Positions 8,472 to 17,004 of a stretch of DNA of 62,372 bases are shown here, one piece after another. Within the stretch, counting starts at the first letter, position 1. Every line of letters begins with the position of its first letter. Position numbers and translations under genes: made by a program. Origin of the DNA: a virus; IMG/VR virus record IMGVR_UViG_3300001202_000002, positions 1 through 62,372 of that record, one strand, 5' to 3'. The notes below the pieces were generated by a model that made no database searches, was not told where the DNA came from, and worked only from the letters and a program-made list of their open reading frames with translations.

Positions 8472-8560
8472 TTAATTAGGATGGATGAGGGGCCCCTTCG
8501 ATTAGATCCCTCATCCGGCTACGTTTCGTCAAGCCGGTGTAGCAGACCGGATATATACAA
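8472..8560 (-). other. three consecutive hairpins immediately 5' of the tRNA (leader or ncRNA)
   Basis: Minus strand shows CCGGTCTGCTACACCGG, then CCGGCT-TGACGAAACGT-AGCCGG, then GGATGAGGG-16 nt-CCCTCATCC (9-bp stem). Confidence 0.3.
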
Positions 8561-8630
8561 GAATCAATTATGAACACGGTATTTTATCTAAAGTTATTGC
8601 CCCGTTTGCGGCCAAATTCCGGCAAGGATT

Positions 8631-9146
8631 TTATATGTCGCCGTCTGTATCGGCTGCAAATTCTGCCTCTACTAGTGCGACCACTTCATCACGCATATCA
8701 GCTGGTACTTTCTCAGCTGTGAAACCGATATTACTGAGAACACCCTTAAGTCGTTCTATATAATTGTCGTTTCCGCGCCCCATGTCAAGCAATAATTTCT
8801 TAAAAGCTTGCGCTTCCTTAAGTTCTGCGGCTGTTGGTTCTTCACCGTCGTCCTCAGTATTAGCAGGCTCTTTAGCAGGCTCTTTAGCAGGCTCTTTAGC
8901 CGGTTTCGATGCCTTAGCAGGCTCTTTAGCCGGTTTCGATGCTTTAGCAGGCTCTTTAGCCGGTTTAGATGCCTTAGCAGGTTCTTTAGCCGGTTTAGAT
9001 GTCTTAGCAGGTTCTTTAGCTTTACCTGCAGCAGCTTCCAGAGCGCTTGTGTCTGTTGGTTTACCCGAACTGTTCTTAGCCAACACCTCAAGCGCTGTAG
9101 CTATACGTTCAAGGTTCTGTTCAATCGTGTTCATCTTGTTCCTCAT
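8631..9146 (-). CDS. Lys/Pro/Ala tandem-repeat (KPAKEPAKAS) protein, histone-H1-like low complexity, acidic C-terminus
   Basis: Track ORF with AKEPAKTS KPAKEPAKAS x3 KPAKEPAKEPAKEPA and the tail ...ADTDGDI. Confidence 0.7.
   Translation of the reverse strand: MRNKMNTIEQNLERIATALEVLAKNSSGKPTDTSALEAAAGKAKEPAKTSKPAKEPAKASKPAKEPAKASKPAKEPAKASKPAKEPAKEPAKEPANTEDDGEEPTAAELKEAQAFKKLLLDMGRGNDNYIERLKGVLSNIGFTAEKVPADMRDEVVALVEAEFAADTDGDI
8862..9023. repeat. in-frame tandem repeat (30-bp unit with 15-bp subunit)
   Basis: gcaggctctttagccggtttcgatgccttag-type units are repeated about 5 times. They encode the AKEP/KPAKEPAKAS repeats. Confidence 0.9.
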
Positions 9147-11706
9147 CTGGTGGTGTCAAGTTATTGTACTTCGATATTATAGCGGAGTGATCCCCTCGTG
9201 TATACACTGCATTAGGACCACACTGTGAAACGAATCCCAAACCGGCTATCTTTTTTCTACCGGCTACTGAGAACCCCGAGTTAATTAAAAACTTAACTAT
9301 CTCTTGACGGAGTATACGCTGACTTCTAACCTCATCGCCTCCGGTTTCTTTAACATAGTTCGACGCTACTTTTCGTTGTAATGCGCTAACCTTTACAATC
9401 TCATGGTTAACGTATTGGTTTTTGTCACTGGACATGTCCGAAAAAGTATCATCTATTACAGAAGCTAGCGAGATAGCCCCGCTAGCTTGCTTTTCTCTAT
9501 CCATGACCATAGACCTATTAACATTAAAGTCTGTTAAATCAACCGCATCGAAAAATGCCGCCAGGCGATCAGGATAATTGTCCAAAATGTCTACATAATC
9601 ATCAAAAAAGTCCTCTCTGTTGCGGCCTAAAAGATTCTCAAGCTCTGCACCTGCAGTATTACCCCTGCCGCTAGGGTATATATTTCGTATGTCGAAGTGT
9701 GACCAGCGTCGACCCCCTTCACCGTTCAATACATTTCGGTTATTGCTAAACAAAATGTAACTTGAATGGTACGGTACGTTTTCCTCATCGTTAGAATTCT
9801 TAAACGATACCGGACCAGCCTTTGACGTAATGGCAGATTTTAAACTAGTCAGTATCTCAGCTGATCGACGATCACTCAGATCGTCAAACTCATCAATGAT
9901 TTGCACCATCTTCTTAGCTGACACATAACTGTTAAAATTTGCCTGTTGCATTGTTTTCTTATCTAATCCTTTTACATTGGACTCTCCTAGTACAGCCTGT
10001 AATAGCGCTTGCGTTATAGACTTGCCTATGCCTTGTGCTGCAGACGTTATGCATAGCGCGTGATAGATTCTATCTCCTGGCCTCTGTCTCAGATGACCCA
10101 AGTATTGAAATAGAAACTGTTTAACCTCTGGTCTGCTGTCTGACAGTATATCAAAATGCAGATTAAGAATTCCGTTAACTCGCGCGTCTATCGGATTAGA
10201 TAGTGGGTCGAATTTATCATTCGGACTAATTACATGCCAGTCTGTGTGCCTAAACACATTAATGTAATAACCGTCAGCTTTCTGTACCAGTTGTCCAGAG
10301 TCTTTAGGTGAATACACAAAGTCGTTAGCGACTCGTGGCCTCTTATAGTCTTTAAATGACCGCATGGTATGCCGAAACGTGTAAGGTACCAATTGATTAT
10401 TTAATCTACCGTACTCCTGTGTAAAATTATCGTCCATATACTGCCCCGTTCGAATTATACCGGTAGACAATTCAAAATAATTGCTGGTGGGAGCAATGTA
10501 CACAAAATTATTAAAGAAAAAGTTCTTTCTCTTGTCGCTATTGTCGATAGATCGCAAGTCAAACTGAGCGTCGCTCTGAGTTACTGTAATATCATACAGA
10601 CGTTTTTTCGCTTCTATGTATGCCTTGGCAATGTCTTTGTTTATACCTTTTAAGAATCCCGTCGACGCCTGTTCCGCTACATGCACTCGCAAATTATCCA
10701 GAATGGCACCTGTCTCTGCAGTACGTATGAGTTTCGCAATGATTCTAGTTTCATTGTTTATACCTCGGGACACTTCTCGGTTCAATACCTTGCGTAGAGT
10801 CACCCCTTTCAGCGAAGGGTTCTCACTGAATGATTGCCATTTGGAATGCATCTGCGACGGATCATATTTAGAAGACTTTGAAGACCAGTCATTCCATAGC
10901 TGCTTACCTTTACCGAAAGTCTGGTGATGGATAGCCATGCCTGTTTCTAGCCATTCGTTGTATTCCATACCCTCAGCTTTGACCACATCCAGTACTGTCG
11001 CCAGATAGTACGATTCATCTATCCCCTTGGGAGGTAGCACAGGTACGTTCGTGCTACCCGAAATAATCTTGTGTTCCTCGGCAGCGTCTATCAAAATCTC
11101 ATCTGGGATATTGACAGCTGTAGCTGTGTTCCCTGGACCTCTGTAATGCACGCACTTCATATGCTCTGCATTGGATTCATACACCGTAGGATAGAACATC
11201 GGTTGCGAGGGTATACGCGAGTGTGGATCAATGTCTAAGCCGTAGTGGCGTGCCACATAATCTATAGCGAAACGATATTCACTTATATTCAGATTGCGAG
11301 GGGCGTGCATAATAAAACGATAGCCTATACGAATACCCTCTTCACCTGTCTTTTCGTCAAGCACAACTACCTTTTCTGGATTGTGGCTGGCGGTTGTATA
11401 GCATATGAATTCTATATTGTCGGACTTCATCTTCTCCAGCGACTTCCGCACCGCGTCTTGCGTTGAATGATCGACATCGAACGCCAGCAAATTTATAGAC
11501 TTTATATTCTCATTGCTGCGAGACGCACCTTCGAAATTCGCAGGAGTAAAATACAAACCGTCTTTGCTTTCTCCGTCTGCTATGACTCTGTGTCCATTTC
11601 TTTTAAACCACGATGATTCTAGTGCAGCCACATAAGTGTCACTACTACCCCTAGCATAGTCACCGTGGGACGTTTCGATAGAAAATAATGTTGTAGCTGC
11701 AGTCAT
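9121..11706 (-). CDS. bifunctional primase-polymerase (AEP) / PriCT-2 / SF3 (VirE/D5-like) helicase
   Basis: AEP motifs LLAFDVDH and YTTASH. PriCT-2-like segment YNEWLETGMAIHH...WNDWSSKSSKYDPSQMHSKWQSF. Walker A AAQGIGKS and Walker B VQIIDEFDD. Confidence 0.85.
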   Translation of the reverse strand: MTAATTLFSIETSHGDYARGSSDTYVAALESSWFKRNGHRVIADGESKDGLYFTPANFEGASRSNENIKSINLLAFDVDHSTQDAVRKSLEKMKSDNIEFICYTTASHNPEKVVVLDEKTGEEGIRIGYRFIMHAPRNLNISEYRFAIDYVARHYGLDIDPHSRIPSQPMFYPTVYESNAEHMKCVHYRGPGNTATAVNIPDEILIDAAEEHKIISGSTNVPVLPPKGIDESYYLATVLDVVKAEGMEYNEWLETGMAIHHQTFGKGKQLWNDWSSKSSKYDPSQMHSKWQSFSENPSLKGVTLRKVLNREVSRGINNETRIIAKLIRTAETGAILDNLRVHVAEQASTGFLKGINKDIAKAYIEAKKRLYDITVTQSDAQFDLRSIDNSDKRKNFFFNNFVYIAPTSNYFELSTGIIRTGQYMDDNFTQEYGRLNNQLVPYTFRHTMRSFKDYKRPRVANDFVYSPKDSGQLVQKADGYYINVFRHTDWHVISPNDKFDPLSNPIDARVNGILNLHFDILSDSRPEVKQFLFQYLGHLRQRPGDRIYHALCITSAAQGIGKSITQALLQAVLGESNVKGLDKKTMQQANFNSYVSAKKMVQIIDEFDDLSDRRSAEILTSLKSAITSKAGPVSFKNSNDEENVPYHSSYILFSNNRNVLNGEGGRRWSHFDIRNIYPSGRGNTAGAELENLLGRNREDFFDDYVDILDNYPDRLAAFFDAVDLTDFNVNRSMVMDREKQASGAISLASVIDDTFSDMSSDKNQYVNHEIVKVSALQRKVASNYVKETGGDEVRSQRILRQEIVKFLINSGFSVAGRKKIAGLGFVSQCGPNAVYTRGDHSAIISKYNNLTPPDEEQDEHD

Positions 11707-11743
11707 ATATCAGTACCTGTGAATTAATTGGCAGGGGAGTATA

Positions 11744-12289
11744 TCACAAGTACATTTGTGATTGAAGTCTCACCGCTCTTTTAATCCTATCTTTAGCTTC
11801 TTTTAATAGCTGACAAGCCCTTTGATGAGAGAATCCAAAATGTTCCCCGATAGTTTTTAAGTTATCATCGTTTAAATGCATTAGCATTACTTTTACCAGT
11901 CTAGGCTTACTAGACAGAGCGTTTACTACAATGACCTCTAACTCCTTTTGGACTATCATGTCCATCTTATCACATTCAATAGTGGGTTCGTCTGCAGTAT
12001 TAACAGAATCCTCCTTACTATGCATACTATCTGTTACGTCCATCTTACTTAATAACTTACGCATAGGCTTCGAAGACAACTCATATTTAATCACCATAGT
12101 AAGATATGTAGTAAGCGCACTAATCTCAGGGTCATAGGTTTTAAGCCTAGTCCAGCAGCCTATCAGACATGTTTGATATATTTCGTCCCACCCATGCAGT
12201 ACGATATGCCTCTTATAGTTAGTCCGGATAGTAACCTCTATAAATTCCTGCAAATCCTCGTCTGTTATATGCTTACTAATAGTATGCAT
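11744..12289 (-). CDS. sigma-70 family (ECF-like) RNA polymerase sigma factor
   Basis: Region-2-like DEIYQTCLIGCWTRLKTYDPEISALTTYL and a region-4 HTH, LKTIGEHFGFSHQRACQLLKEAKDRIKRAV. Confidence 0.6.
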   Translation of the reverse strand: MHTISKHITDEDLQEFIEVTIRTNYKRHIVLHGWDEIYQTCLIGCWTRLKTYDPEISALTTYLTMVIKYELSSKPMRKLLSKMDVTDSMHSKEDSVNTADEPTIECDKMDMIVQKELEVIVVNALSSKPRLVKVMLMHLNDDNLKTIGEHFGFSHQRACQLLKEAKDRIKRAVRLQSQMYL

Positions 12290-12660
12290 TATTGTGACTC
12301 CTTTTCGGATTGCTCAAACGAATCAATAACTATTATGCTATCTCTGGCGACTTGCGGAGCATAATTGACCAATTCATCTTTTAACAGTTCTTCGGCATGT
12401 GAGCAATCAGCGGCGTATACTGCCATACGTATAAACGACCGAATACGGCCTTCCGAATTGTTATATACCAATGATACGTAGTGCGGTATATGATTCTCTC
12501 CTTCGCAGGGGTATGCATAATTATCGCAACTTGGGCAGATTCCTGCAGGTATCGTGTCGCCAGGGGTTAACTTTGCGGGTACAGCTTCGACAGGTCCGAG
12601 TGCTGCATATACTCCCACCCATCGGCAAGAGCCGCAGCTGCATCTATCAGAGTTGATCAT
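12289..12660 (-). CDS. hypothetical Cys-rich protein (CSCGSC...CPSC)
   Basis: Track ORF in operon context. Confidence 0.5.
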   Translation of the reverse strand: MINSDRCSCGSCRWVGVYAALGPVEAVPAKLTPGDTIPAGICPSCDNYAYPCEGENHIPHYVSLVYNNSEGRIRSFIRMAVYAADCSHAEELLKDELVNYAPQVARDSIIVIDSFEQSEKESQ

Positions 12661-13288
12661 TTTCTCTCCTATCCATAGCAGTGGCCGTATTAGCGGCAGC
12701 TATTGCCGAAATAACTTCCCTAGGGTTTTCATGCACATCGATATACGTTTGTTCAGCTATCCGTTTAGACCAGACTATAATGGGTTCTAAAACTTTATTG
12801 TTATTGCAGAGTACTTGATACTCCCCATCACTCAGACATTCTGCAGAAAATAGCTTATACACCTCATAGTAGTACATTAATTTATCTGCCCACTTGACTG
12901 TGGCATGATCCAAGTCTAAATCGACATGCTTTGCGTAACCTTCCTGCAGCCTATCGCAAAACTGTTTCAATTCCGGTATTGTATTTTTTAATGGACTGAC
13001 ATTATCCCCTGTGACTGCTTCCACGTCGTCATGGTGCAGGGCAGATAGTACCAATTCGGTATCATGGCCTGAGCGGTATTGTATCCCCGCACACAATACG
13101 GCGTGCTGCGCAACTGAATACGTGTTTGGTTCGTACCTGTCATGTAAATGACCATTGAAACGCGCTTGCCGAGAAAGACTATTAGCCAGAACGTTTATAT
13201 TTATATGGTCCCAGTTCGGGTTAGCTAAATCGAACAAGACGCTATTCTGCTTTCCGTTGCTTATTCTAGTTTCAGTTGGTTTACTCAT
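12647..13288 (-). CDS. HD-domain phosphohydrolase (YfbR-like 5'-deoxynucleotidase type)
   Basis: SVAQHAV ... ALHHDDVEAVTGD fits the H...HD...D metal-binding pattern. Confidence 0.65.
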   Translation of the reverse strand: MSKPTETRISNGKQNSVLFDLANPNWDHININVLANSLSRQARFNGHLHDRYEPNTYSVAQHAVLCAGIQYRSGHDTELVLSALHHDDVEAVTGDNVSPLKNTIPELKQFCDRLQEGYAKHVDLDLDHATVKWADKLMYYYEVYKLFSAECLSDGEYQVLCNNNKVLEPIIVWSKRIAEQTYIDVHENPREVISAIAAANTATAMDRRENDQL

Positions 13289-13297
13289 TATATAATC

Positions 13298-13519
13298 CTA
13301 ATTCAAGGGGTGGACCGTACACGATCCCATCAGGTCGTTGCATTCTATGTACACGCCCGTTCCGTCTGCAAAGTTTAACGTAACGCCGTTTTGCGATACA
13401 ATCGAGTCGTTCACATAATTAACAACCTTATTGCATCTGGGGTCGTAAGCTTCTCCGTCAATAAGGACTTTATATCCTTTTTCGTACATAACTTCGTGCA
13501 ATTCGGGTAGCCCACTCAT
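13298..13519 (-). CDS. hypothetical protein
   Basis: Track ORF 13298..13534 trimmed to MSGLPEL, whose ATG overlaps the upstream micro-ORF stop (ATGA). Confidence 0.5.
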   Translation of the reverse strand: MSGLPELHEVMYEKGYKVLIDGEAYDPRCNKVVNYVNDSIVSQNGVTLNFADGTGVYIECNDLMGSCTVHPLN

Positions 13520-13632
13520 TCTACCACCCCGCATTCGTAATACTCATAACTATCACGAGTATCGACGCACCCTATATAATAACCCAGTGTCAGAAAACCC
13601 AACACTGTAAAAATTAATGGCCAATCTTTCAT
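13516..13632 (-). CDS. possible 38-aa membrane micropeptide
   Basis: My own translation: MKDWPLIFTVLGFLTLGYYIGCVDTRDSYEYYECGVVE. It has ATGA coupling to the next gene and is below the track cutoff. Confidence 0.35.
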   Translation of the reverse strand: MKDWPLIFTVLGFLTLGYYIGCVDTRDSYEYYECGVVE

Positions 13633-13671
13633 TAGTTTATACACTCGCTACACGTTTTAATTTAGTCATAA

Positions 13672-13857
13672 TTACTTACGCTCCCGTATCCCCTGTTTAA
13701 ACATTTTAATGAGTTTCTTACGTGTCTTTTTAAGTTTCTTTTCAGCCTGCGCTATTTCCTCAGAAGTAGCGCTGTAATTGTCACCCGCACAATCTTCTAA
13801 GAATAGTTCCAGATCTTCCTCAATAGCCATTAAATATTCTATTCTAGCCGCAATCAT
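13672..13857 (-). CDS. hypothetical protein
   Basis: Track ORF; 4-nt overlap with the upstream gene. Confidence 0.5.
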   Translation of the reverse strand: MIAARIEYLMAIEEDLELFLEDCAGDNYSATSEEIAQAEKKLKKTRKKLIKMFKQGIRERK

Positions 13858-14093
13858 TGCGAAACATCCTTTATTGTTATGTCAATCTCAGCAACTACGT
13901 AAGTTTCTTTCCCATCGAAGCTTTTATTATATTCGGATTCACCATAAACCTTAATAGCCCAATTTGCCGAATTCTTAGCGCCTGCTATGGTGGTAAATAG
14001 CCGTGACTGATTGATTACAACCTTATCGTGATCTGTCCCCAGAAACATACCATCGTCAAACGCAACTATATAGCGTGGTTTTACATTACTCAT
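13854..14093 (-). CDS. hypothetical protein
   Basis: Track ORF trimmed to MSNVKPRY, with an ATGA overlap to the upstream stop. Confidence 0.5.
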   Translation of the reverse strand: MSNVKPRYIVAFDDGMFLGTDHDKVVINQSRLFTTIAGAKNSANWAIKVYGESEYNKSFDGKETYVVAEIDITIKDVSQ

Positions 14094-14359
14094 TGCTTCG
14101 CCCACTTCTTAGCCAACTCACCCAACTCTATAAGGTATTCTGCTTTTATATAAAAAGCAGGGTCAGAGGACGGAAATTTATCGTCTATTATTCTATGATC
14201 AAGTACCACTCGATAAATGTTAGTTCCTCGCAACTCCATATACCCCCATTGAACCCACTCCCTAGATACAGGCCAGAGCCAAAATACTTTACCCTTGCGG
14301 GTTATCTTGAAATGTTTAGATCTAACCTTTTTCTTATTCATACCAATCTCACTATTCAA
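14090..14359 (-). CDS. hypothetical basic protein
   Basis: Track ORF in operon context. Confidence 0.5.
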   Translation of the reverse strand: MNSEIGMNKKKVRSKHFKITRKGKVFWLWPVSREWVQWGYMELRGTNIYRVVLDHRIIDDKFPSSDPAFYIKAEYLIELGELAKKWAKQ

Positions 14360-14386
14360 TCGCCAGCTTACACTCTGGCGACTCCA

Positions 14387-14758
14387 CTAATCATGACTTA
14401 CGTCATACTCTACCAGAAGATCATCTAATGTATCGTGATACTCCTCTATAGTCTCTGATTCATCATGCGCGCTCTGCACTCCTGATAAAAACTCGACAGG
14501 TATTTCGTCAGATATCTGTACAATATCTCCATCTACTAATTCCTGTACGTAATAGCCGGGGAACTCCTTAGCTAACCGTATGGCATCGGTCTCACTCACG
14601 CACCAGCCAAAAGCACAACGGTTACTTTCTTCACCATCTTCTGCTAAATAATACACGCATCCTTTTGTGACAGTATTCATGCATTTAGTCACTGAATATT
14701 GCTTCAAGTGATCTACTACAGCCGCCATGCTGTTTAACTCTGGTAATAATTTAATCAT
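14387..14758 (-). CDS. hypothetical protein, MIKLLPEL paralog A
   Basis: Trimmed to MIKLLPEL. It shares the N-terminus, the Cys pattern and the ...EI..FL...QS.HD block with 17001..17378. Confidence 0.6.
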   Translation of the reverse strand: MIKLLPELNSMAAVVDHLKQYSVTKCMNTVTKGCVYYLAEDGEESNRCAFGWCVSETDAIRLAKEFPGYYVQELVDGDIVQISDEIPVEFLSGVQSAHDESETIEEYHDTLDDLLVEYDVSHD

Positions 14759-15089
14759 CGAACATACTCCTAATTGCCTGCATGGATTCCGCAGCCTGTT
14801 TAATGTGATGGTCGTAAGCAACTGCCCACATGCCCGACTCAGTGTAACCGTAGCCTATGCACTCTCCTTTAAAAAACAATCTGTACTGGTGCATGCCCTC
14901 GCCAGTGTCACCCATGAAATACTCATCCACTCTATAGACTCCGAGTGATTTCAGTTCAGCCACTACCCTATTGATAACCATGCCCAACATCTGCATGTAG
15001 CTACCGTCTGGAAATGACCCTTCGATATACGCCTGTTGAATGATCAACGTAGGGTTGTTCGGCTCTTCAAATATATGTCTCTTGTTCAT
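14751..15089 (-). CDS. hypothetical protein
   Basis: Track ORF in operon context. Confidence 0.55.
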   Translation of the reverse strand: MNKRHIFEEPNNPTLIIQQAYIEGSFPDGSYMQMLGMVINRVVAELKSLGVYRVDEYFMGDTGEGMHQYRLFFKGECIGYGYTESGMWAVAYDHHIKQAAESMQAIRSMFDD

Positions 15090-15607
15090 TATGCTTTACC
15101 TGTGTTGCGTCGTGGCATAATCACCATGACTTCGTTATTATCATTTATAAACGGTTCGATTCTCATAGCGTTGTTTTCGCCATTTAAGAATAGCTCGACT
15201 CCCTTTTTGGGGAATACCTTACCGATATCTGCCAGATAATCACTAGACATGCCGATAGATTCTGTAGCCGTAATTCGATCAGGGACTACACGTCTCCAGT
15301 CAGGGAACCTACCGTCCACCGTGTCGATGCTCAACAGCTTGTCAGTACCTATGCACTTACAGGTTAAGGTTTTTAAATCTAAAACCACCTCTTCACATTT
15401 GGCGGGTATGGTGCCGTTGATTTTGACAATTGTAGGTTTCATTAACTTTATAGGCTTGTCCCATTCAGCATGATAAAGCTTGTGCCCGTCGGTGGCAGTC
15501 ACGCCAGAGTCTTCAAGCAAGATACCATTCAGATAATATCTAACGTCTCTGCTGGCTTGACACATCATAGCCGATTTAATTAAACGCGCGGGTAATGTAA
15601 AACTCAT
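15089..15607 (-). CDS. truncated DnaN (beta sliding clamp)-like protein, 172 aa
   Basis: RYYLNGILLEDSGVTATDGHKL, VDGRFPDWRRVVPD and a C-terminal VMVIMPRR parallel E. coli DnaN RYYLNGMLFE..ATDGHRL, VDGRFPDYRRVLP and VVMPMRL. Domain I is absent and domain III is shortened. Confidence 0.7.
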   Translation of the reverse strand: MSFTLPARLIKSAMMCQASRDVRYYLNGILLEDSGVTATDGHKLYHAEWDKPIKLMKPTIVKINGTIPAKCEEVVLDLKTLTCKCIGTDKLLSIDTVDGRFPDWRRVVPDRITATESIGMSSDYLADIGKVFPKKGVELFLNGENNAMRIEPFINDNNEVMVIMPRRNTGKA

Positions 15608-15638
15608 GTCCTGTTCTCCTGCTTATCTGTCGTTGTGT

Positions 15639-16097
15639 TTAATTAACACGAAATATATACCATGTAGTACCGTCGACATCTATCGTATGCTCGCTGCCGT
15701 CATAATGACTAAAATGATGTCCGTATCCATCAGCTGATGCGTAACCATCGACTACTTCATCAATGTTTTTAAGCATCAACTCCCCGAGCAATTCATAAGA
15801 ACCATTAGTTTGGGCCTTCTCGATTTCATCAACAGGCAAGTCTACAATGTCTGCTATAAAATGGGGCATAAAACAACCCAACACATACGTATCACCGGAT
15901 AATTCATCCTTCATTATATCGTCTATACTATCCTCGCTGATAAACCTGAAGTTGTCGCAAGTTTCATCATCGTATGATTTACAGTCACGCATGAGGGTAA
16001 TGATATCGTCACGTCCTATATCTTCTCCTGTCGCTTTAGTTATTTCTTGTATGACCTGATATGCTAATTGTAATTTAGTCTTTTTATTGTCATTCAT
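15639..16097 (-). CDS. hypothetical acidic protein
   Basis: Track ORF, preceded by the conserved leader motif. Confidence 0.6.
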   Translation of the reverse strand: MNDNKKTKLQLAYQVIQEITKATGEDIGRDDIITLMRDCKSYDDETCDNFRFISEDSIDDIMKDELSGDTYVLGCFMPHFIADIVDLPVDEIEKAQTNGSYELLGELMLKNIDEVVDGYASADGYGHHFSHYDGSEHTIDVDGTTWYIFRVN

Positions 16098-16107
16098 AAC
16101 TGTCTAT

Positions 16108-16126
16108 CCTGTTAAGTGTGTTTAAG
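16108..16126 (-). promoter_or_regulatory. conserved early-gene leader motif (variant)
   Basis: Minus strand reads CTTAAACACACTTAACAGGATAGACAGTT-ATG, upstream of 15639..16097. Confidence 0.4.
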
Positions 16127-16181
16127 CTTGTAACCATGTTACGGCAGTCGTTTTGTAAACTAAAGGAACTGCTACGCAAAA

Positions 16182-16460
16182 CTAATCATCAATGACATGT
16201 ATATGTTCTGTACAGGCTACGGCGCATATGTAGTGTTCCAGTCTGTTTACTCGATGATAGCCTGAACTAATGACTGTGTAACACTCGTCTTCGTCGGGAT
16301 CGTCCACCTCGATTAATGTCCATACGTGAGCGGGTGTATGCATCAAAGCATGTGCTAATTCGGATGTGCCGGTCATATCCATTTCTCTGGCGTCGTCTTT
16401 GTTGTAATCCTCAGTGACAGGCTTAAAGCGTGTACGCCATTCTTCGTATGTAATTTCCAT
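16182..16460 (-). CDS. hypothetical protein
   Basis: Track ORF in operon context. Confidence 0.55.
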   Translation of the reverse strand: MEITYEEWRTRFKPVTEDYNKDDAREMDMTGTSELAHALMHTPAHVWTLIEVDDPDEDECYTVISSGYHRVNRLEHYICAVACTEHIHVIDD

Positions 16461-16642
16461 TAGTAGTCATGTCCTAAGTTGAACGGATCAGTGTCCGGTG
16501 TTGGATTATAGTTGTCTGCTGAATGCCAGCCTGTAGTGTCTAACTCGTGGCTGGCGGCTATGTCGGCTACGCCAGCTATCGCCAGCGCTATAATGCCTAT
16601 CAACAGCGGTATGCTGTAAAGCGCTCTTTCGTAATTGTTCAT
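16460..16642 (-). CDS. hypothetical membrane protein (1 TMD)
   Basis: Track ORF with hydrophobic segment LLIGIIALAIAGVADIAA. Confidence 0.5.
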   Translation of the reverse strand: MNNYERALYSIPLLIGIIALAIAGVADIAASHELDTTGWHSADNYNPTPDTDPFNLGHDY

Positions 16643-17004
16643 TGTCTCAATGTCTCCAATCCTTCATACACATCATACTCATATGTTTCCGGCTCAGGCC
16701 CACTATCAGCCATACTTGGCGTATATACATTGCCTACTGATGCCTGCATTTTCATTAAGTCTGTCTGATCCGCAGATTGCCAGTCTACACTATGCCAGTA
16801 CGCACCCACAAGGATATCTCCTATATAACAGTAGTGCAGTGTTTCCATGTACCAGATGTCTTCTGAGCTACCAGAGTAATCGCGAACACCATCAGCTAGC
16901 ATGGCAATGGCTTTCAGTGTGCTAGTGTAATCAAGTGTTGTGTCATTGTTAAACAAGGCACGCTCAATGATTCTATGCAACTGTTTTATTCTGTGAATAT
17001 TCAT
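16639..17004 (-). CDS. hypothetical protein
   Basis: Track ORF with 4-nt overlaps on both sides. Confidence 0.55.
   Translation of the reverse strand: MNIHRIKQLHRIIERALFNNDTTLDYTSTLKAIAMLADGVRDYSGSSEDIWYMETLHYCYIGDILVGAYWHSVDWQSADQTDLMKMQASVGNVYTPSMADSGPEPETYEYDVYEGLETLRQ

Noticed and set aside
8391-8573. Plus-strand 60-aa track ORF
   Set aside because: It is the antisense strand of the tRNA-fMet gene and its hairpin leader. The apparent ORF is a by-product of GC-rich RNA structure.
8756-9228. Three overlapping alternative-frame track ORFs (8756..9091 -, 8764..9228 +, 8808..9182 +), and a CRISPR-like appearance of the repeat
   Set aside because: They are generated by the 15/30-bp tandem repeat, which keeps every frame open. 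The units are contiguous with no spacers and lie in frame within the KPAKE-repeat gene, so this is neither a CRISPR array nor extra genes.
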